A stretch of DNA of 60,184 nucleotides, counting the filler, from Barthelona sp. PAP020 (lineage: Eukaryota): assembly GCA_040182905.1 (NCBI GenBank). It is 3 parts of 3 records of this genome, joined end to end, with 100 filler letters (N's around TTAATTAATTAA, not from the genome) between each part and the next. Parts side by side here need not be neighbours in the genome. Positions count along the whole stretch, not along the records: positions 40,257 to 60,184 come from JARQWU010000198.1; 2 more parts are not named here. One strand, written 5' to 3'. The notes under the pieces were generated by a model. That model had not been told where the DNA came from and did not search any database. It was given only the letters and a program-made list of their open reading frames with translations. The position numbers and the translations under genes were made by a program. This document shows positions 53,198 through 60,184 of the stretch, piece after piece (positions within the stretch are counted from its first letter, which is position 1; each line of letters opens with the position of its first letter).

Positions 53198-54379
53198 ATG
53201 GTTGTTAACACTGCAGTTGAGGAAACTGACCCTTATGTTAAGTATAACATGGATCGAGTTGTTGTTCCAGATGGGTTCGATGTGGATGGATTTGAAGAAG
53301 ATCGACCAAAGAAGATTTATTATGCAGCGCTTGAAGGTAATCTTGAGGTTGTCAAGCAGTGTATCAAAGCTGGCGTTGATGTGAACAAACAAGGCAAGGA
53401 AGGAAGGACAACGTTGTATGGAGCTGTTTTTAATGGGCATACAGAAGTTGTTGAGTTTTTGTTGGATTTTGGCGCTGATGTTAATTTGTGCATGAACACA
53501 AGTGCTTCTCCATTGTACATCAGTTGTCAAAATGGTCATCTTGATGTTGCCAGAATGCTCTTAGATCATGATGCTGATGTTGATTTGTGTTTGAATGATG
53601 GTGCTTCTCCATTGTACATCAGTTGTGAACGAGGTCATGTTGATGTTGCCAAAATGCTCTTGGATCATGGGGCTGATGTTAATTTGTGTAGGGACGGTGG
53701 ATTTTCTCCATTGTACATCTTTTGTCAAAAGGGTCATCTTGACATAGTTAAACTTCTTTTGGATCATGAAGCCAATGTTAATTTGTGTAATAACAATGGT
53801 GCTTCTCCATTGTTTATCAGTTGTAGAAAAGGTTTTCTTGATGTTGCCAAAATGCTCTTGGATCATGGCGCTGATGTTAATTTGTGTAGGGACGGTGGAT
53901 TTTCTCCATTGTATGCCAGTTGCCATAAAGGTCATCTTGATGTTGCCAAAACGCTTCTAAATTGTCCCGAAATAAACCTATATGGTGAAGATATGCTGTT
54001 ATTTTTTAACATATTGTATACAAGTGATAAAAAATGGAAAAGGAACAAATACCGCATTTTGAGCTGTCCCAATTTAAAACAACAATTGGAGAGTGGTGAG
54101 CCTGTTGATTTGAAATTTGAGCCTTTGTCCAAATCTGAGTTAATTGAATTGGTAAAGAATGAGGGCTATCTTTTATCAACCCTTGTTGCGATGAAGGTAA
54201 ACGGTGGCATCATTCGAGAGTTTGTCAGTGCTGGAGTTTACATGAATCAAAGAGATTTTGACATGTCAATCAACTTATGTTGGGATTTGATTGACATCAA
54301 TGAAAGGAATGGTGGCAATATGCGTCAGTATATTGATGAAGAGATGAAAGATGATGACAGTGATGACAATGATGATTAG
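53198..54379 (+). CDS. Ankyrin repeat protein with conserved C-terminal CWDLIDINERN domain
   Basis: About seven 33-aa repeats (SPLYISC..GHLDVA.MLLDHGADVN); first ATG at 53198. Confidence 0.92.
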   Translation: MVVNTAVEETDPYVKYNMDRVVVPDGFDVDGFEEDRPKKIYYAALEGNLEVVKQCIKAGVDVNKQGKEGRTTLYGAVFNGHTEVVEFLLDFGADVNLCMNTSASPLYISCQNGHLDVARMLLDHDADVDLCLNDGASPLYISCERGHVDVAKMLLDHGADVNLCRDGGFSPLYIFCQKGHLDIVKLLLDHEANVNLCNNNGASPLFISCRKGFLDVAKMLLDHGADVNLCRDGGFSPLYASCHKGHLDVAKTLLNCPEINLYGEDMLLFFNILYTSDKKWKRNKYRILSCPNLKQQLESGEPVDLKFEPLSKSELIELVKNEGYLLSTLVAMKVNGGIIREFVSAGVYMNQRDFDMSINLCWDLIDINERNGGNMRQYIDEEMKDDDSDDNDD

Positions 54380-54789
54380 AAAGGTCTTTTTTGTGGTTGC
54401 ATGTTTATTCCATTCATGTTTTGTGGATAATTTTTCTTTACATATAAATCATACTTTACTTGTTTTTTGATACAAGCATTGATAAAGGTTTGTTACTAAC
54501 TGAATGATTTGAAGAGGGCTTGGAATGTTTTATTTGAGGAACTTTAGCTTCTCATCCAACTTTCTCTTTCAATCCCTGCAAAACTCAGATTCTGTGTCTA
54601 AAAAACAAAAAATACCTTGTTGGACAATTTTTTATAAAAACAAAAGAGCAATTGCTGTGTTGCATGGTGTTGTAGCTGTTGAATAGTTCATCATGAAATT
54701 TTCGTTGTGCCATTTAATAATGAAAATGTGCTACAAATCTCTTTTGGAGTGATTAAAACCAACCAATATTTCCATGTTAACCTCTTCAA

Positions 54790-55830
54790 TTTTTAATTTT
54801 CAAAAGAGAAAGAGAAAGAGAACTTTAAAATTCTGCTTTTGTTTCATACAAAGAACGGGAACAAGAAAATTTCACCAAATTTTCCCACTTGATCAACGAA
54901 GTTACATTTCAGTCCTTTAATTCTCCGCTTGGTTTTGACTAAAATATGTTAAAGTGAGTTTTTTGAATTAATTTTTTTGCAATTATTTCCAAGTCAAGAA
55001 GCACTGTACGTATGAGTGAATAAAAAAGAATAGTGTTTATTTGGTTAAAGGCTTTCGAGGCCCGATTGATCTGTTAAAAAACTTTAGATTTTCTAAGGTA
55101 AAGTTTAAACTTTAAAATTTTGCTTTTGCAAAAATACAAAAAAAATTAGAATGGAGTTTTCTCTGATTACTTTTTCTTTGTAAATAATGTGGAAGTTCAT
55201 TCTCAATGAACGGAATTTATTGGAGATATAAAGAGGTCATCAAATATCACTTCCTTTATTTGTTGTTTCTTGACCACCTTTAGGTCCAATTTTTTTAAGT
55301 TACTTGGGCATCTGAATCCATGTGAGTTTTTCCCAAACCTTAAGCTAACTCGTTTAGTTGTTCACTGAACAACTCATACCTCATAAATATCTAATAAAAA
55401 AGCAATCAGAGAAAACTCATTTCATTGAATCTCAGCCACAGAAAATAAGTGGCTGCAATTGAACCTTGGTCATCAAGTATGAAAATTTTGGTAAAATTTT
55501 CCATTCCAATTCTTTTGTATTTTGGCAAAAGCAAAATTTTAAAGTTTAAACTTTACCTTAGAAAATCCAAAGTTTTTCAACATATTAATCGGGCCTCTAA
55601 AGCCATTAACCAAATAAACAGTATTCTTTTTTATTCACTCATACACAATGCTTCTTGGCTTGGAAATAAATAGCAAATTTCAGTTAAAACCCACGTGGAA
55701 TTGAGGGACTAAAACTTTATTTTGACGATCAAGTGTGAATATTACGGAGAAATTCTCTTTTCCTGTCTTTTCTACTAAGTAAAAGCGAAATTATAAAGTT
55801 TTTTTTTTCAATTCTAAAAAAATTAAAAAT
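54790..55830. mobile_element. Foldback/MITE-like structure with long imperfect inverted arms (54790-55155, 55498-55830) containing module D
   Basis: TTTTCTAAGGTAAAGTTTAAACTTTAAAATTTTGCTTTTGC (~55089) is the reverse complement of ~55525-55566; similarity continues outward; no coding capacity and no target-site duplication identified. Confidence 0.6.
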
Positions 55831-56384
55831 GTCAACATACAGTTCAAATCTCCAAAACATTTGACCAAATAAATAAAAAATAATTGTAGATGAACAGATT
55901 AGTAGATCCTTGAAGTCTTTACCAAATGAAAACTATTATTTTTTTGAACATTTGCGGGTGATGCTTCTTTGGTTTGGAACTAAAAATTATATCTGCTTAA
56001 ATTCTTGCTTGGGAGTTTGCAAAAAAGAAATCTAAATTTTTGGATACAGAAAATGCTCTCTTGCTGCCAAAGATTTTTCATTGCAAAAAATCTGTTTCCG
56101 TAAAAAAAAAAAATAAAGGAAGAAGATAATTGAGTTGTTAATGAAGCTTAAACTATTTGGTTTTCCTTTTGAAACACTTTTCTAAATGCTCAAAAAATGT
56201 GAGTGAAACTAAAGCCACATCATCAATCTTCAGAAAAAGCGAAAAAATAGATATTTATTTTGGTCATTGATATTGGCAGTTTTTTTTGTCAAACGAAATT
56301 TTCAAGTCCTTATGAAGGAAAAAATCTTTTCAACATTTTTTTTTTAATGTTTATTAAAAGAGATGCGAAGTGTAATATTTTGCA

Positions 56385-59300
56385 ATGAATGAGAAAGAAA
56401 ATGGTATATTATCAAAACAACTTCGAAAATATTTGAGTTTTGATGTTTTTCCGTCGGAAATACATGTAGTTGAAAAAAATATTCACACTCTTGATGAAAT
56501 AAATGATTCAAGCCTTTTAAATTTGACATTTGCCGTTGAAATTTTGCATTTGTCCAAAAATCAAATTGCTTCTCTGAAGAATATTGAACAATTTTTTCGT
56601 CTTCGAGTTTTAATTATTGACCATTGTGATGTTAAATCTTTTTCGGAACTTAAATTTTTGTTAAATTTGCCAAATTTAACTGTTTTAGATCTAAGGTTCA
56701 ATCCAATTGTTTCATCACCTTTTTATAGGGAGGAGGTTGTTGTAATGTTGCCCAATTTAATTAAATTAGATAATTTAAACGTATCTTTTGAAGAGAGAGA
56801 AAATGCAAATTCAGTATTGAAACAAAGAGATGTTTATTTGAAGTGGATTTTCAATAATTATTTTCATTTAAAACAGCTTGAAATACTTATTCAGCAAATA
56901 CAGTTGCATTATGATCTATTTGCATATTTTTTGAAGAATTTTCATTTTTCAAACGAAATTATTTTTCACAAATTTTCGCATGTTCTTTCCGCAGATTTTT
57001 ATCGTTTTGATTATCTTTTAGAAGTTTTATCTGGAATTGATGTTTTGGAATCGTTTGACACGGTAAATGATTTTATAGCTTCGAAAATACACGATGAATT
57101 CTTAACTTATGTGCAACACAATGTATGTTTACCAAATTATGACAGTACTTTTTGGTTTTGTTGTTACAAAAATGTTCTTGCGAATCAAGCAAACGCCATC
57201 AATAAATCTTTGACCATGCTTATTGATTTTCGGAATAAAATTCAAAATTTGTTGATGTTTACTTTTCCTCAATTGAAATCAATGCATGTGGAAGTTGATA
57301 GTTCCAAATATTTGTTTTATTTATTGCCTAATTTGTGTTCTTCATTTCAATCTCATGATGTTTCATCTTTCCATAATGATAATGTTCAGGGTAACAGTAA
57401 TGTCAATGTATTAAAATCTGAAAGTGGATATTTGTTAGCTCAATCAGGGGAAATACCAAATATTCATAATTTTAATAAGAATCAAATTGATTTAGAGTGT
57501 GTTTCCTGTATTTCCCCTCCTCAAACTCCAATGGATGATACAAATGAGATTGGTTTGAAGAAAAATGTTTTAACAAATATTTTTGCCCCTCAAACTTTGG
57601 TTCCATTATCTCCTATTTTGCAAAATGATTCTTTTGTTGGTGACAACTTTAAAAGGCAAAATTTTTCAAGCCCAATTCAGTCTTGTGATGAATATGATTG
57701 TGCACAAAATGATCAAACAAAAACAACAAATAATATTGTTGAAACCGGAAAAGAAGTGTTGTTAAGACAAAGAAATGGTGCGCAACTTGAGAGAATTTGT
57801 TTGTGCAGTGAAACTAATGACATTCTTGACCATATTTCTGATATTGAAGATCATAAACACAACATTGAATCTTCATTGCAAAGTTTAGCTACCAATAGTT
57901 TATTGCCACCAACAATTTCAGTGTCTGAAAATTCTTCAAAAAATTCAAAAAATTCCTTTTTTGATTTTGGTTACATGAATAATTTCAACACTTTAGATAA
58001 CAAACCACCAAATGAAAAGAATTTTCATTTATTTCAAAACAGTAAAACCATGTCATCTGCTTTGTCTTCAGCAGAAAAAACAAATTACAATAATTCAAAG
58101 TATTTGAGTGATTTTAAGAAAAGTTTGAATCTTATACAAGAAAGAAGTGAAGAATTAGAAAAATCAAATCAACAACAAATGGATATTCTATCTAAAATCA
58201 ATAGCCAAAAGCAATTGGAAGTTGAAAAAGTTGAAAAAGAGATTGAAATTAAAGATTTTGGAATTTTTACACTAACTACACGTATTGATGAATTAGAATC
58301 AATCGTGCATGGTTTCAATAGTCAAATATTTGAAAAAAAAGCGATTGATAAAGCTAAGTTGGATATGTTGAATTTTATTTCCAAGCAGAATGTAATTTTA
58401 TATTTACTTGGAATTGCTTCAGTTGATTCTTCTCCAAAATTTTCAAAATTTTCTAATTTTGGTATTAAAGATTCAAACTTGGAAATCTTAAAGTCCATTC
58501 AAAGGTTTAACAGGTTACATTTTCTAAAAATTTGCTTTAATGCCTTTAAAATATTTTTGAAGAAGCAACGATGTTTAAATGATGCAACATTTCGATTTAA
58601 ATCTCGGAAAATTAAGAATATTTGCTTCAATGTTTGGTTGAATCTATTTAAGGTTTTGCAGCTAAAGAAGAAAAAACAAGTTCAATTTAATTGTAGATTT
58701 TATTGTGACCATGATGAAATTTCTCCAATACCATTTCAAAAACCTAAAAAGATAGTGGGAGACAAAAACTGGGATATACTTTTGAATCAACCAATTTTGC
58801 CTTACTTTAAAAAGAGAAAATCCATAGATGAAAAGATTGAAGCTTCGAAATATCATCAAAAAAAATTTGCTTTTGAACAATTAGAATATCATTGGCGTTT
58901 ACGCAAATTAAATCCTGTTTTTGATCACATTAAAAGTACTTATGAGGAAAATCTCCACCTTAGATTGTCCAAAAAGAGAGCTTTGAATTTTGAAAGATCT
59001 TATTTAGTCTATAGTTGTTTTTTTTTTTGGAAGAATAAAGTTTCCATTGCACAGAAACACAATAATCTTCAAGCATTTGTTATTTGGCGAAGATATGTGT
59101 TGTTAAAGAAAAAACTGAAAAAATTTACTGATAATACTTTGGCTAAAAGTACTCTTCAGTGCAATGAGATCATTTTTAGAGTTTTTACTGATTGGAGAGG
59201 CATTTCGAACTATTTTCTGTATTTAAAAAAAATTGACAACGTATTCTCCAAAAAAAGATATCAACTAATATTGGCTCATGGATTTTCGTCTTGGTATCAA

Positions 59301-59624
59301 AGTCTGTTGTTTCGTTTTGCCAGATCACTTGAACATTGTCAAAATACTGAATTGGAATTCCAAAATAAATGTTCTTTTGAAATTAAAAGCAGAATGTTAA
59401 TTGAAGAACGATTGGCTATGATTAAGAATTCCATTCAAGTCAATCAAAACATTGATTATATCAATCATTTGATGAATGAATCTGATTTTGAAGTCTTTGA
59501 TTGGTTTAACAAACAAAATATAACTTTATTCAATAAGTTTCTTTTTAGAAATGATGAATTGCAGCTACAAAAGCGTAAATTACATGGTTGGAAGCATAAA
59601 TATTCTGAAAAAGTTGATTGTTGA
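56385..59624 (+). CDS. LRR + coiled-coil protein with Sfi1-like FxxW repeats (putative centriole/basal body protein)
   Basis: LHLSKNQI, LDLRFNPI, YREEVVVMLPNLIKLD (LRRcap); CFNVWL, CFFFWK, AFVIWR, VFTDWR, GFSSWY. Confidence 0.75.
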   Translation: MNEKENGILSKQLRKYLSFDVFPSEIHVVEKNIHTLDEINDSSLLNLTFAVEILHLSKNQIASLKNIEQFFRLRVLIIDHCDVKSFSELKFLLNLPNLTVLDLRFNPIVSSPFYREEVVVMLPNLIKLDNLNVSFEERENANSVLKQRDVYLKWIFNNYFHLKQLEILIQQIQLHYDLFAYFLKNFHFSNEIIFHKFSHVLSADFYRFDYLLEVLSGIDVLESFDTVNDFIASKIHDEFLTYVQHNVCLPNYDSTFWFCCYKNVLANQANAINKSLTMLIDFRNKIQNLLMFTFPQLKSMHVEVDSSKYLFYLLPNLCSSFQSHDVSSFHNDNVQGNSNVNVLKSESGYLLAQSGEIPNIHNFNKNQIDLECVSCISPPQTPMDDTNEIGLKKNVLTNIFAPQTLVPLSPILQNDSFVGDNFKRQNFSSPIQSCDEYDCAQNDQTKTTNNIVETGKEVLLRQRNGAQLERICLCSETNDILDHISDIEDHKHNIESSLQSLATNSLLPPTISVSENSSKNSKNSFFDFGYMNNFNTLDNKPPNEKNFHLFQNSKTMSSALSSAEKTNYNNSKYLSDFKKSLNLIQERSEELEKSNQQQMDILSKINSQKQLEVEKVEKEIEIKDFGIFTLTTRIDELESIVHGFNSQIFEKKAIDKAKLDMLNFISKQNVILYLLGIASVDSSPKFSKFSNFGIKDSNLEILKSIQRFNRLHFLKICFNAFKIFLKKQRCLNDATFRFKSRKIKNICFNVWLNLFKVLQLKKKKQVQFNCRFYCDHDEISPIPFQKPKKIVGDKNWDILLNQPILPYFKKRKSIDEKIEASKYHQKKFAFEQLEYHWRLRKLNPVFDHIKSTYEENLHLRLSKKRALNFERSYLVYSCFFFWKNKVSIAQKHNNLQAFVIWRRYVLLKKKLKKFTDNTLAKSTLQCNEIIFRVFTDWRGISNYFLYLKKIDNVFSKKRYQLILAHGFSSWYQSLLFRFARSLEHCQNTELEFQNKCSFEIKSRMLIEERLAMIKNSIQVNQNIDYINHLMNESDFEVFDWFNKQNITLFNKFLFRNDELQLQKRKLHGWKHKYSEKVDC

Positions 59625-60049
59625 AATTCAGGGGCCTTTTCTGTTTTGGTGTTCTAAATCATCATCTTTTATTGAAAGCAAAATTGTTGACAAAGAAAAC
59701 TTTGAATCCTGTTGAACAATTGAATGAATTGCTTTAAATATTGTTACAAAAGGGCTTTTCCGGAAATCAAAAGGAAAAAAATTAGAAAAAATTGTTTAAA
59801 AAAACTTGTCATAAACTAGAAGTTCATTATTTGATCATGTTGCCTATTGAGTTTTCATGAAATTTTTGCAAATATTTCAGCAGGCACAAGTGAAAGAAAC
59901 CAAATCTAGTATTTTATAATATTGTTTTCAGCTTTTTTTTCCCATCTTTTGGTAAACTTTTTTTCTTGTTGAATGTTATGTTCAATTTTTTATTTTTGGA
60001 TTGACAATTGTTGAAGCATTTTTAATCTGACAAAAATTATTTGAGCATA

Positions 60050-60115
60050 AATGTGGAAGTTCATTGAGCATGAACTTCCACATTAAACAACTCATACCTC
60101 ATAAATATCTAATAA
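60050..60115. repeat. Perfect 15-bp hairpin plus 30-nt block shared with 55186-55397
   Basis: AATGTGGAAGTTCAT-TGAGC-ATGAACTTCCACATT; 60086-60115 identical to 55368-55397. Confidence 0.9.
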
Positions 60116-60184
60116 TACTTTGAATATTTTTCATTCTTTTAACAGTTCATCACAAAAAAAAAAAAAAAAAAAAATTTAAAAAAA

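Noticed and set aside
53460..53960. Regularly spaced repeats as a CRISPR-like array
   Set aside because: They are in-frame 99-bp ankyrin units; no spacers and no cas genes.
1..60184. Stop-codon reassignment or readthrough
   Set aside because: Conserved genes end properly at TAA, TAG or TGA, and the apparent interruptions are explained by introns.

Overview
AT-rich, gene-dense eukaryotic DNA from a flagellated protist (SHIPPO/STPG proteins, enkurin, probable IFT122, centrosomal proteins); standard genetic code, short intergenic spacers and rare 37-43 nt GT-AG introns. The window is not contiguous: two artificial linkers (N44-TTAATTAATTAA-N44 at 20029-20128 and 40157-40256) join three ~20 kb pieces. 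It holds housekeeping genes (BUD31, RLP24, eIF5B, RPL35, GTF3C3, importin-alpha, TyrRS fragment, ribokinase, tRNA-Ile(AAT)), several WD40 and ankyrin genes, and a family of modular non-coding repeats. Main observation: a WD40 protein (45141-46421) and an unrelated ankyrin protein (53198-54379) end in the same gap-free ~65-aa domain (CWDL[VI]DINERNxGNMR plus acidic tail), and a third tail is cut off at a piece end (40107-40156). This suggests an expanded family of repeat-scaffold adaptors with a shared C-terminal docking module that I do not recognise. Other notable items: a NAK kinase-ANTH fusion, a two-copy hairpin-rich ~400 bp element, a ~1 kb foldback, a flipped hairpin, and a candidate GTAAA polyadenylation signal. 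All family assignments are from motif recognition by eye; no searches were run.
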